In this document: in pieces, positions 1-9,483 of the stretch
Position numbering within the stretch: the stretch's first letter is position 1
Layout: each line of letters starts with the position of its first letter
From: an uncultured virus (IMG/VR IMGVR_UViG_3300032291_003129)
Lineage: Duplodnaviria > Heunggongvirae > Uroviricota > Caudoviricetes
Strand: one strand, 5' to 3'
DNA length: 64,000 nucleotides
IMG/VR virus record: IMGVR_UViG_3300032291_003129
Made by a program: the position numbers and the translations under genes
Notes under the pieces: model-generated
Seen by the model: the letters and a program-made list of their open reading frames with translations, nothing else
Told to the model about the DNA's origin: nothing
The model's database searches: none

Positions 1-2
1 CC

Positions 3-1925
3 ACAATAACACCAACTCAAACAAATACTGGTACGCCAACAAGTACACCAACTCAAACACCTTCAGTTACTATAGGTATAACACCAACTCAAACGCCAAG
101 TAACACTCAAACACCATCAAATACACCATCAAATACACCATCACCTTGTTATACTTGGTTTCTATCTAATAATAACCCTGTTTATTATATTACTTTTGGA
201 TATGTTGATTGTTATGGTAACATACAAACAGAAATCATTCAACCTAATCAATCTTTTAATAGATGTTCTGCGGTATCACCATATTATATTAATTGTGCTG
301 ATGGAGTATTAAGTTGTAGTGGTAGTTTTTATGTGGATAACATTGGGATTTGTGTACCTCCTACGCAGACTCCAACACCGTCAAATACTGCAACTAATAC
401 TTTAACACCAACTAATACTGTAACCAAAACTCCAACACCAACAAATACGGCAACTAATACACCTTCAGTTACATCTTCAGTTACACCAACTAATACTATA
501 ACACCAACAAATACAAAAACACCTACGCAAACTCCAACAAATACTCAAACACAAACTCAAACACCTACAAATACTACAACACAAACTAAAACACCTACTA
601 ACACTGAAACTCGAACACCTACTTCAACGGAAACTCCAACTAATACTGCAAGTGTAACTTCAACAAATACACCAACAGTAACACCTACAAATACTCCAAG
701 TAACACTGCAACTCCAAGTAATACTGCAAGTGTTGGACAAACCCCAACTGCAACGGAAACTCAAACCGCAACACCAACTGAAACTCCAACTCAAACTCCT
801 ACTAATACGGAGACTTCGACTCCAACAAACACTGAAAGTCCAACACCTACTAGTACAGAAACCCCGACACCTTCAATTACGAGTTCAGAAACTCCAACAC
901 AAACTCAGACTCCTACAAATACAGAAACCCCAACATCAACTCCAACCATCGAGACAACGCCAACACCAACTTTAGCTGATAACAATTTCTTATTACAAGA
1001 AGATTATTTCATGATTTTACAAGAGGATGGATTTGGAATTTATATTGAGGGAGGAATCCCTACGCCAACTCCAACACCTACTCAGACTCAAACTCCAACT
1101 AATACTGAAACACCTACTCAAACACCAACTAATACAGTAACTCCAACTAATACAGAGACACCAACTCAGACTCCAACGACTACAACAACATTAACTGCAA
1201 CAGAAACTCCCACACAAACTCCAACCACCACTCCAACTCCAACCTCAACACCTGCTGTGCCTGTAACAAGTAACCTTAGGTTATATTATGACCCAAGTAA
1301 TCCATCAAGTTACCCTGGTACTGGTACAACAATTAATGATTTATCAGGTAATGGATTGAATGGAACAATGTCCAACATTACATATACATCACCATACTTC
1401 ACATATAATGGAACCTCATCACAAGTTAGTGTTGCAGATAATGTGTTATTAGAACCAGGAAGTGGGGATTGGACTATGGAAGTATGGGTTAACCAATCGG
1501 TTTTGGGTAATGATGTTGTATTAGGGAAGTTCAATAATGGAGGGCTTTCAGCAAACGTAAGTTATAGTATTAGAACAACCAACACCACATATTACACCCA
1601 AATAGGTAATGGTATTGGTGTTGTTAACAGTACTAATTATACAGGAACAATTGGTACGTGGTACCAATTAGTTTATGTGTTTACTAATGTTGCATCTAAT
1701 ACACTTGAAACATTTGTAAATGGAGTAAGTATAGGAAGTGTGGGGCATAGTTTGGCTAGTGTATTAAACTCAGCTAATCCACTTTATATCGGTAGTTACA
1801 ATGGAGGAGAGTATCCTCAATGGTTTGATGGAAAAATTGGTATAACTCGTTTATACAACGCATCACTTACCTCTACCCAAGTTTTACAAAACTTCAATGC
1901 AGATAAATCCAAATATGGACTATAA
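3..1925 (+). CDS. 5'-truncated mucin-like (Thr/Pro-rich) putative virion protein with a Cys-rich small domain and C-terminal LamG/concanavalin-A-like domain
   Basis: The frame of ORF 333..1925 is open back to base 3 (TITPTQTNTGTPT...CYTWFLSNNN...), so the true start lies upstream of the window. Long TPT/TETP tracts. The C-terminal LRLYYDPSNPSSYPGTG...FDGKIGITRLYNASLT is typical of phage LamG-like domains. Confidence 0.8.
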   Translation, partial: TITPTQTNTGTPTSTPTQTPSVTIGITPTQTPSNTQTPSNTPSNTPSPCYTWFLSNNNPVYYITFGYVDCYGNIQTEIIQPNQSFNRCSAVSPYYINCADGVLSCSGSFYVDNIGICVPPTQTPTPSNTATNTLTPTNTVTKTPTPTNTATNTPSVTSSVTPTNTITPTNTKTPTQTPTNTQTQTQTPTNTTTQTKTPTNTETRTPTSTETPTNTASVTSTNTPTVTPTNTPSNTATPSNTASVGQTPTATETQTATPTETPTQTPTNTETSTPTNTESPTPTSTETPTPSITSSETPTQTQTPTNTETPTSTPTIETTPTPTLADNNFLLQEDYFMILQEDGFGIYIEGGIPTPTPTPTQTQTPTNTETPTQTPTNTVTPTNTETPTQTPTTTTTLTATETPTQTPTTTPTPTSTPAVPVTSNLRLYYDPSNPSSYPGTGTTINDLSGNGLNGTMSNITYTSPYFTYNGTSSQVSVADNVLLEPGSGDWTMEVWVNQSVLGNDVVLGKFNNGGLSANVSYSIRTTNTTYYTQIGNGIGVVNSTNYTGTIGTWYQLVYVFTNVASNTLETFVNGVSIGSVGHSLASVLNSANPLYIGSYNGGEYPQWFDGKIGITRLYNASLTSTQVLQNFNADKSKYGL

Positions 1926-1951
1926 AAACATATTTATAAAATAAAAATAAA

Positions 1952-2725
1952 ATGCCTAATTTACCAATATCCCAATTACCGTTAGCAACATCAGGACAAC
2001 CAGAATCTTGGATGTCAATTGTAAACTATGATGTAGACGCATCAGGAATAACCAATAAAATATATTTTTCATCATTAACTGAACAGTTTTCAGGTTCTAC
2101 AGGAACTAGTGGGACTTCTGGAACTAGCGGTTCTTCAGGAACTAGCGGTACTTCAGGAACTAGCGGTACTTCAGGAACGTCAGCGACAAGCGGTACTTCA
2201 GGAACGTCAGCGACAAGCGGTACTTCAGGAACGTCAGCAACAAGCGGTACTTCAGGAACGTCAGCGACAAGCGGTACTTCAGGAACGTCAGCAACAAGCG
2301 GTACTTCAGGTACATCAGGGACATCAGGGACAAGTGGAACTTCGGGAATTTCAGGCTTATCTGGTACTACAGGTAGTTGGACGGTGACTCCAGGAACCAA
2401 CAACTACAGTTTTACAGTTGATATTAATAACACATATAACTTATGGGCTCTTGCAAATATACCAAATGGTATAATAGTTTATAATGCAACAGTAAGTGTT
2501 AGTAATTCTAATGTACCCGTAATTGGTGTTCAGTATGCATGGAATTATACTGGTGGGGGTAGTCCAATATTGTTTACAAGTATACCTGCACAGATTATAG
2601 GAACTGCAGGTGCAATATCCACCGCTTCAACAGTTGTTACATCAACAAATACATTTGTATTCGGTATTCAAAACAATACGATATCAGGTCTTACGGTTAA
2701 TTATGGATATTTGAAAATAAGTTAA
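1952..2725 (+). CDS. Collagen-like (Gly-Thr-Ser)n fibre/appendage protein
   Basis: N-terminal [10 protein letters not shown] resembles starts of phage fibre proteins. Central SGT/SAT triplet repeat, then a beta-rich C-terminal domain. Confidence 0.65.
   Translation: MPNLPISQLPLATSGQPESWMSIVNYDVDASGITNKIYFSSLTEQFSGSTGTSGTSGTSGSSGTSGTSGTSGTSGTSATSGTSGTSATSGTSGTSATSGTSGTSATSGTSGTSATSGTSGTSGTSGTSGTSGISGLSGTTGSWTVTPGTNNYSFTVDINNTYNLWALANIPNGIIVYNATVSVSNSNVPVIGVQYAWNYTGGGSPILFTSIPAQIIGTAGAISTASTVVTSTNTFVFGIQNNTISGLTVNYGYLKIS
2177..2311 (+). repeat. Five tandem 27-bp units ACGTCAGCRACAAGCGGTACTTCAGGW (encoding TSATSGTSG), preceded by 18-bp units
   Basis: Units start at 2177, 2204, 2231, 2258 and 2285, in frame within the collagen-like gene. 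Confidence 0.95.
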
Positions 2726-2726
2726 A

Positions 2727-3296
2727 ATGTATACAACAGACTGTAACTATTTCAGAATAACAAACTACAATAATGTTCAAGAAGGATATTATAAATGGAC
2801 AGGATGCACAGATATTGTCAGTGTGTCATCTATAAATCCATTATCAACAGAATACATTTGTGCAAAACAAATAGTTGTTGAAGGGTATAGTGCACCTCTT
2901 GATGTTGTCTTTGTTGGATTATGCCCATCATCAACACCCACTCCAACAGTTTCACCCACAGTAACACCATCATCTGTTACTCCAACACCAACCTCATCAT
3001 CTCCAACACCAACACCTACAGTCACACCATCAATTACTCCGACAACAGTTTATATGTATAACTTAAGAACAGGTGGATGGTATCAAAATGTGTGCCAAGG
3101 TGTAAGTATGATTGCAAATCCTAAAAACGTAACAATTTATATCCCAAAACTTTTTGAACAATTAGAAGTTGGTGATTATGTATACGGTGACCAAATGTTA
3201 TCAATACCACCTGTTGATGCCAATTACACAATTTCAAATGGCGCAAAATTCATTCAATTAAGTGGAAATTTAATTATTAATGTTGGAGTTTGTTAA
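2727..3296 (+). CDS. Cys-rich protein with central Ser/Thr/Pro linker (putative virion decoration)
   Basis: 189-aa ORF with N-terminal CNYFRITN...WTGC module and a TPTPT linker. Confidence 0.6.
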   Translation: MYTTDCNYFRITNYNNVQEGYYKWTGCTDIVSVSSINPLSTEYICAKQIVVEGYSAPLDVVFVGLCPSSTPTPTVSPTVTPSSVTPTPTSSSPTPTPTVTPSITPTTVYMYNLRTGGWYQNVCQGVSMIANPKNVTIYIPKLFEQLEVGDYVYGDQMLSIPPVDANYTISNGAKFIQLSGNLIINVGVC

Positions 3297-3334
3297 TAAC
3301 ATAAGATTATAACTATTTATTAAATAAAAACAAA

Positions 3335-4108
3335 ATGGCATGTACTAAATATACTTTGACAAACACAGGAACAACATCTGTAAACTTTAGTTACAGAAGA
3401 TGTGATGATGCAATGTGGGAATACCAAGTTCAGTTGGACCCAAATCAAACAAAAAATATTTGGGCGATTGATGGAACATATACAATTGCAGATTATTTTA
3501 AACCTGAAATAGGACAAATAGTTGAAAGCGTATTCCCTCCTAATGCGCCAAATCCAACTCCAACACCGACTGCGTCTGTAACTACAACGCCAACAAATAC
3601 ACCGACAAATACTGAAACAGGGACTCCTACTCCGACGCCTACTAATACCGAAACACCAACTCAAACACCAACAAATACTCCAACAAATACTCCAACACCA
3701 AGTACAACCGCAACTGCGGGAATGACACCGACCGCAACAGAAACTCAAACACCAACACCAAGCGAAACTCCAACAAATACTCCAACAAATACTGAAACTC
3801 CTACCAACACTCCAACTGAAACTCCAACAAATACTCCTAGTGAGACCCCAACAAATACTCCAACAAATACTCCAACTCCAACTAATACCGAAACTCCAAC
3901 AAATACTCCTAGTGAGACTCCAACTAACACACCTACGAATACCGAGACTCCAACAAATACTCCAACAAATACTGAAACTCCGACAGAAACTCCAACAAAT
4001 ACTCCAACTCCAACTAATACCGAAACTCCAACAAATACTCCTAGTGAGACTCCAACTAACACACCTACAAATACCGAGACTCCAACTAACACTCCAACAC
4101 ATTCATAA
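3335..4108 (+). CDS. Small Cys-containing N-terminal domain plus long mucin-like (TPTN/TETP) tail
   Basis: 257-aa ORF. The N-terminal ~70 aa are paralogous to 4169..4384 and the rest is almost only T/P/N/E/S. Confidence 0.75.
   Translation: MACTKYTLTNTGTTSVNFSYRRCDDAMWEYQVQLDPNQTKNIWAIDGTYTIADYFKPEIGQIVESVFPPNAPNPTPTPTASVTTTPTNTPTNTETGTPTPTPTNTETPTQTPTNTPTNTPTPSTTATAGMTPTATETQTPTPSETPTNTPTNTETPTNTPTETPTNTPSETPTNTPTNTPTPTNTETPTNTPSETPTNTPTNTETPTNTPTNTETPTETPTNTPTPTNTETPTNTPSETPTNTPTNTETPTNTPTHS
3857..4086 (+). repeat. 98-bp direct repeat (3857..3954 and 3989..4086, one mismatch) within the mucin tract
   Basis: Direct comparison of the two copies. The 132-bp offset keeps the frame. Confidence 0.9.
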
Positions 4109-4168
4109 AAAATATATTTAAATAGAAATAATAGAAATAACGAGTATTTATAATAAAATTGAAATAAG

Positions 4169-4384
4169 ATGGCATGTAGCAAATATACTTTAACAAACAC
4201 AGGTTCAACGTCTGTGAACTTCACTTACAGAAGATGTGACGACTCAATGTGGGAATATCAAGTGGACTTAACACCCGCTCAAACAAAAAACATTTGGTTA
4301 ATTGATGGAACTTATACAGTTGCCGAATTATTCAAATCAGAAATTTTATTAGTTAATGACGGAGCATTTCCTCCTACCACATAA
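4169..4384 (+). CDS. 71-aa paralog of the N-terminal domain of 3335..4108, without the mucin tail
   Basis: [32 protein letters not shown] vs [32 protein letters not shown]. Has its own upstream TATTTATA motif. Confidence 0.85.
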   Translation: MACSKYTLTNTGSTSVNFTYRRCDDSMWEYQVDLTPAQTKNIWLIDGTYTVAELFKSEILLVNDGAFPPTT

Positions 4385-4409
4385 AATTTTTCAAATAAAA
4401 ATAATAACT

Positions 4410-4443
4410 AACCATCCACTTTTTCGGATGGTTTTTTATTTTT
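4410..4443 (+). terminator. Intrinsic terminator-like hairpin
   Basis: AACCATCC-8 nt-GGATGGTT followed by a T-rich tract. Confidence 0.7.
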
Positions 4444-4461
4444 GTAGTAAAATATATTTAA

Positions 4462-5727
4462 ATGAAAATTTTTATTCAAATCGCGTCTTACAGAGACCCA
4501 CAATTAGTTCCAACACTTAAAGATTTAATTGCAAACGCAAAACGACCAAAGAATTTAGTATTCTCAATTGCAAGACAATTTGCAGAAGAAGATGGATTCG
4601 ACAACTTAGACGAATACAGAAAAGATAAAAGATTTAAAATTTTAGATATTCCATATCAAGAAGCCAAAGGTGTTTGTTGGGCAAGAAACCTAACACAACA
4701 ACTTTATGATGGTGAAACTTACACCCTACAAATTGACTCACACATGAGATTTGTTAAAGATTGGGATGATATCCTAATCAAGATGATAAAGGGGTTACAG
4801 AAGGATGGATATGCAAAGCCTCTACTTACGGGTTATGTTTCATCCTTTGACCCCGAAAATGACCCAGCAGGTAGAGCTCCCGATGCTTGGAGAATGGCGT
4901 TTGATAGATTTATTCCAGAAGGTGCGGTATTCTTCTTACCTGAAACTATTCCAGGTTGGAGAGAAATGAAGAAACCTGTAACAGCAAGATTCTATTCGGC
5001 TCACTTCTGTTTCACATTAGGAGAATTCTCAACTGAAGTTCAACATAATCCTGAATACTATTTCCACGGAGAAGAAATTTCAATTGCCGCAAGAGCTTAC
5101 ACATGGGGTTATGATTTGTTCCACCCACACATTCCTGTAGTTTACCACGAGTATACTCGTAAAGGTAGAACAAAACAATGGGATGACGACAAGACATGGG
5201 GGGAAAAGAATAAACACTCTCACCTTACTAATAGAAAATTATTTGGTATGGATGGAGAAACTCAAGAAGGTCATGATGGCCCTTATGGATTCGGTACTGT
5301 TAGAACTCTTAAAGATTATGAAAAATATTCAGGTTTATTATTTAAAAAACGTGCAATTGACAAGTATACGTTAGATAAAAACTATCCACCAAACCCATAT
5401 AATTTTGAAACAGAAAAAGAATGGGAAGATAGTTTCTGTATGATATTCAAACACTGTATTGACGTAGGTTACTCAAGTGTTCCTGAAACTGATTATGAAT
5501 TTTGGGTTGTTGCATTCCACGGTCCAAACGATGAAACTCTATTTAGAAAAGATGCGGATAAAAATGAAATTGCAGGATTCATGAGAGACCCTGATGGATA
5601 CTGTAAAATTTGGAGAGACTTCCAAACTGACATATTGCCAACTTACTGGGTAGTATGGCCATATAGTACATCTAAAGGATGGTGTGATAGAATCACAGGA
5701 CAACTAAATCATAACACACAGAGTTAA
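4462..5727 (+). CDS. GT60-like polypeptide N-acetylglucosaminyltransferase (GlcNAc transferase family)
   Basis: IFIQIASYRD at the N-terminus, G-x-CWAR, QIDSH (DxH), FHGEEI and HEY motifs, as in Dictyostelium Gnt1/Gnt2-type enzymes. Confidence 0.8.
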   Translation: MKIFIQIASYRDPQLVPTLKDLIANAKRPKNLVFSIARQFAEEDGFDNLDEYRKDKRFKILDIPYQEAKGVCWARNLTQQLYDGETYTLQIDSHMRFVKDWDDILIKMIKGLQKDGYAKPLLTGYVSSFDPENDPAGRAPDAWRMAFDRFIPEGAVFFLPETIPGWREMKKPVTARFYSAHFCFTLGEFSTEVQHNPEYYFHGEEISIAARAYTWGYDLFHPHIPVVYHEYTRKGRTKQWDDDKTWGEKNKHSHLTNRKLFGMDGETQEGHDGPYGFGTVRTLKDYEKYSGLLFKKRAIDKYTLDKNYPPNPYNFETEKEWEDSFCMIFKHCIDVGYSSVPETDYEFWVVAFHGPNDETLFRKDADKNEIAGFMRDPDGYCKIWRDFQTDILPTYWVVWPYSTSKGWCDRITGQLNHNTQS

Positions 5728-6470
5728 TGAAATTTAATGATATCCCCAAATTTGTTGTGAATTTGGAACGAAGACCTGATAGGTTAGAAAAAGTTAAAAA
5801 AGAATTGGAGTATATTGGTTGGGATTATGAAATCTTTAAAGCAATAGATACTAATTCTTATATGGGCATCACTCGTTCAATTTTGGAAATAATTAAAATT
5901 GCTAAGGAAAGAAATTATCCTCGTGTAATGATTATTGAAGATGATATTGGTTTTATGCCATACTCAAAAGATTTTTTAAACAAATTAGAAGAGGTTTGTG
6001 ATGGTTTGGAGTTCGGAGTATTTAATTTATCTCCGACTTTAAACCGATTTATTAATAGAAGTGAAACAAATGAGTTACTTCTTGATATGACTAATTTACC
6101 TATAAGACCTGAACATCTTAGAGACATTTATGCTTGTAATACTTTGATTATTGATTCATCGGTTTATGATGAGATGTTTAAAATATCTGAAACAGCATTT
6201 CCAAGTGGAGATTTTTTTTACGCAATTGATGATTACATTTTTCAATTTATAATTCAAAAATATCAAAGTTACTGTCCTATTTTACCAATTGCACCTCAAG
6301 GAAAAGATATTTCAAATATTTCAGATGGAGAGTACAATAACTTTTATTTACAAACATATAATTGGAATTTGTATAGCCCTACAAAAATTCCTAGTGAATT
6401 TTTAGACCAATACAAAAACCAAGAAACAAAAAATAATAACGAACACAAAAATTTTTACTATGTCAGTTAA
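5727..6470 (+). CDS. Glycosyltransferase family 25-like protein
   Basis: FVVNLERRPDR, FKAID and VMIIEDD motifs. Confidence 0.8.
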   Translation: MKFNDIPKFVVNLERRPDRLEKVKKELEYIGWDYEIFKAIDTNSYMGITRSILEIIKIAKERNYPRVMIIEDDIGFMPYSKDFLNKLEEVCDGLEFGVFNLSPTLNRFINRSETNELLLDMTNLPIRPEHLRDIYACNTLIIDSSVYDEMFKISETAFPSGDFFYAIDDYIFQFIIQKYQSYCPILPIAPQGKDISNISDGEYNNFYLQTYNWNLYSPTKIPSEFLDQYKNQETKNNNEHKNFYYVS

Positions 6471-7341
6471 ATTTATAACATCTATCTATAGTGATTTATT
6501 CGGAACGGAATTTGGAGGAAGGCCAGGAAGAGGTGGTCATTACAGATTTAGTCTATTGTCTATTTTAAAGATAACAGATGCGGATTTTTTATGCTATACA
6601 TCAGATAGAGAAATAGAATCATTAAAACAATTTTTCTATAATGAAAATAATATTTCACCCGATAAATTAAAGTTTAAAGTTTTTGATATTGCAAATACAA
6701 AATTCAAAGACTTAATCAATCAATATAAAGATATTGAGGGAACTAAAAAATCTGATAGATGTGTTGAAGTACAATATTCTAAATTTCATTGGTGGTGGGA
6801 TGAGGATAAGTCTTATGACTATTATTATTGGATTGATGCTGGTCTATCTCACTGTGGATTAATACCTTTAAAGTATCTAACAAGTGAACATCCACAAGGA
6901 AGATATTATGAAAGTTCATTATTTAACAATGATTTTTTAAAGAATCTTATTGAAGACACTAAAGATAAATTTGTCATTCTTGGAAAAGAAAATGATAGAA
7001 ACTATTGGTCAGGAACTGTGGATAGAAAATGGTATACTGACTTTGATAGAGGTTTACACATTATTGGTGGGTTATTTGGTGGACATAAAGATAAGTGGGA
7101 TGAGGTTGTTAATCTTTTTGAAAATTATGTCGAACGGATTATTACTGAAGACCAAGGAATTCCTCATGAAGAAAATGTCATGACTCTTATGTATTACAAT
7201 CACAAAGAGTTATTTGAAAGAAAACATTTTGATATTTGGTGGTGTAGAGACAACGCACCTCAAGGAGTAACTGATGAGTTGTTTGAACAAAATAAAAGTT
7301 TTTATAGAATCTTAGAAGAATTTAATAGAATATATGAGTAA
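6460..7341 (+). CDS. HtrL/YibB (WlaTC)-like putative glycosyltransferase
   Basis: YYYWIDAGLSH and IIGGLFGG motifs, and an EE before the C-terminal helix. Similar to the N-half of the next gene. Confidence 0.65.
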   Translation: MSVKFITSIYSDLFGTEFGGRPGRGGHYRFSLLSILKITDADFLCYTSDREIESLKQFFYNENNISPDKLKFKVFDIANTKFKDLINQYKDIEGTKKSDRCVEVQYSKFHWWWDEDKSYDYYYWIDAGLSHCGLIPLKYLTSEHPQGRYYESSLFNNDFLKNLIEDTKDKFVILGKENDRNYWSGTVDRKWYTDFDRGLHIIGGLFGGHKDKWDEVVNLFENYVERIITEDQGIPHEENVMTLMYYNHKELFERKHFDIWWCRDNAPQGVTDELFEQNKSFYRILEEFNRIYE

Positions 7342-9007
7342 TATAACTTTAGTAACAGGTATTTGGGATATCGGTCGTGGAGAATTAACGGAAGGTTGGT
7401 CGAGGTCATACCAACATTATTTAGATAAATTTGAACAACTATTAAAAGTTGAAGAAAATTTAATCATTTTTGGTGATGATGAGTTAAAAGATTTTGTTTT
7501 CAAAAGAAGAGAACAATCAAACACTCAATTTATTACAAGACCACTATCTTGGTTTAGAAACTCTGATTATTTTGATAAAATTCAAAAAATTAGGACTGAT
7601 GAAAATTGGAAAAATAGAGCAGGATGGTTAGCAGAATCGACTCAGGCTAGATTAGAAAACTATAATCCATTAGTTATGTCAAAGGTGTTTTTATTGCACG
7701 ACGCCAAAATTATGGACCAATTCAATTCTGAATATATGTTTTGGATTGATGGTGGTTTAACCAATACCGTACATCCTGGATATTTTACTCACGATAAAGT
7801 TTTAGACAAGTTATCAAAATACATTTCTAAATTCTCATTTATTTGTTTCCCTTACGACGCTGAAAATGAAATACACGGATTCGAATATAACAAATTAAAT
7901 TCAATTGCGAGTAATAAAGTTAATAAAGTTGCTCGTGGTGGTTTCTTTGGAGGTCCTAAACATACTATTAGTGATATTAACGGAATTTATTATAATTTAT
8001 TAATATCAACATTAAATGAAGGTTATATGGGTACTGAAGAGTCAATATTCAGTATTATGTGTTATAAACACGCCGACCTTATTAACTATTTTGAAATTGA
8101 AGGTAATGGTTTAATTGGTAAGTTTTTTGAAGATTTAAAAAATGATGAACTTAAACCTAAGTCAGAACATGTTGGTAGACAGACAAGTCAATTAGATACT
8201 AACAAAGTTGGTTTATATGTTATTACATTTAATAGCCCTAAACAATTTAGAACCTTAATTGATTCTATGTTGGCCTACGACAAAGATTATATTTTGAAAA
8301 CTCAAAAATATTTGTTAGACAATTCAAGTGATTTATCAACTACCGAAGAATACTCGGTAATTTGTGAAGAATTTGGTTTTAAACATATTAAGAAAGATAA
8401 CTTAGGTATTTGTGGTGGTAGACAATGGATTGCTGAACATTTTGATGAAACAGATTTAGATTTTTATTTATTTTTTGAGGACGACATGTTCTTTTTCCCT
8501 AATGAAGGAACTGTATGTAGAAACGGATTTAATAGATATGTTCCTAACCTATATTCAAAAACTTTACAAATTGTTAAGAATGAAAACTTTGATTTCTTAA
8601 AACTTAATTTTACAGAGTTTTATGGTGATAATGGAACTCAGTGGTCTTGGTATAATGTTCCACAATCTGTTAGAGAAGAATTTTGGCCAAACAAACAAAG
8701 ACTTCCTGAACAAGGTATTGACCCTAACGCTCCAAGAGCGGCATACAATGCGATTAAAACACATCAAGGAGTACCATATGTGACTGGTGAAGTTTATTAT
8801 TGTAACTGGCCTCAAATTGTATCAAGAACAGGAAATAAAAAAATGTTTTTAGAAACAACATGGGCACATCCATTCGAACAAACGTGGATGAGTCATATGT
8901 ATCAGTTAGTCAAAAAAGAAGAATTATATCCAGGATTGTTATTAATGACACCAACTGAACACGATAGATTTGAACATTATAACAGAGATTTAAGAAAAGA
9001 GTCATAA
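7334..9007 (+). CDS. Two-domain glycosyltransferase: HtrL-like N-terminal domain plus GT-A (GT2-like) C-terminal domain
   Basis: ITLVTGIWDIGR, FWIDGG, RGGFFGG and GTEES in the N-half. LYVITFN, LLDNS, NLGICGGR and FFEDD in the C-half. Confidence 0.7.
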   Translation: MSNITLVTGIWDIGRGELTEGWSRSYQHYLDKFEQLLKVEENLIIFGDDELKDFVFKRREQSNTQFITRPLSWFRNSDYFDKIQKIRTDENWKNRAGWLAESTQARLENYNPLVMSKVFLLHDAKIMDQFNSEYMFWIDGGLTNTVHPGYFTHDKVLDKLSKYISKFSFICFPYDAENEIHGFEYNKLNSIASNKVNKVARGGFFGGPKHTISDINGIYYNLLISTLNEGYMGTEESIFSIMCYKHADLINYFEIEGNGLIGKFFEDLKNDELKPKSEHVGRQTSQLDTNKVGLYVITFNSPKQFRTLIDSMLAYDKDYILKTQKYLLDNSSDLSTTEEYSVICEEFGFKHIKKDNLGICGGRQWIAEHFDETDLDFYLFFEDDMFFFPNEGTVCRNGFNRYVPNLYSKTLQIVKNENFDFLKLNFTEFYGDNGTQWSWYNVPQSVREEFWPNKQRLPEQGIDPNAPRAAYNAIKTHQGVPYVTGEVYYCNWPQIVSRTGNKKMFLETTWAHPFEQTWMSHMYQLVKKEELYPGLLLMTPTEHDRFEHYNRDLRKES

Positions 9008-9023
9008 CAATATATTTATTGTT

Positions 9024-9401
9024 ATGGAATTTTTTATCAAACAGAATGCGACACTACCTGTATTAAAAATGCAAGTGGTAAAGGACGGTAGAGCAGGGTA
9101 CTTACAACTAATGGAAGATTTAGAGGTTTCCACAATATTTTTCACAATGATTGATGTGGAAACAGGAATTCCTAAAATTGTTTCAGCTCCATGTGAAATT
9201 GTTAATTTAATTTTACCTGAAGGTGCAACACCCGAATATTACATTTATTTTAAATTTACTGCAAGAGATACAAATACTCCTGGTAGATACTCAGGTCAGT
9301 TCTTAATTAAAAATGATGAAGGAAATCTAATACTTCCAATCAGAGAAGAATTGTATATTAATATCCAACCAAGTTTCATTTCGGAAACTGCTTGTTGCTA
9401 A
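9024..9401 (+). CDS. BppU-N-like Ig-fold structural protein (tentative)
   Basis: FFIKQNATLPVL...FTARDTNTPGRYSGQF pattern resembles phage baseplate upper-protein N-terminal domains. Confidence 0.45.
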   Translation: MEFFIKQNATLPVLKMQVVKDGRAGYLQLMEDLEVSTIFFTMIDVETGIPKIVSAPCEIVNLILPEGATPEYYIYFKFTARDTNTPGRYSGQFLIKNDEGNLILPIREELYINIQPSFISETACC

Positions 9402-9402
9402 G

Positions 9403-9431
9403 TTGACAATCTTATCAACCTCAATTATATT
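9403..9431 (+). promoter_or_regulatory. Sigma70-type promoter upstream of DNA polymerase
   Basis: TTGACA (9403-9408), 17-nt spacer, TATATT (9426-9431). Confidence 0.65.
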
Positions 9432-9483
9432 TATAGGTAAGGAAAACTTCACCGTGTGTGAAAGCTAATAACCCAACTATAAT

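Noticed and set aside
2100..4100. Tandem repeats as a possible CRISPR array
   Set aside because: Units are contiguous, multiples of 3 and in frame within genes, with no unique spacers and no cas genes.
730..4224. Alternative-frame and antisense ORFs (730..975, 2026..2403, 2109..2387, 2789..3025, 3320..4102, 3745..4224, 3840..4121)
   Set aside because: They are shadows of low-complexity TP/SGT codon repeats that lack stops in other frames, and they overlap better-supported genes.
3335..4384. Paralog pair as a DGR template/variable repeat
   Set aside because: Differences are not adenine-specific (many synonymous C/T changes), both copies are intact ORFs, and no reverse transcriptase is in the window.
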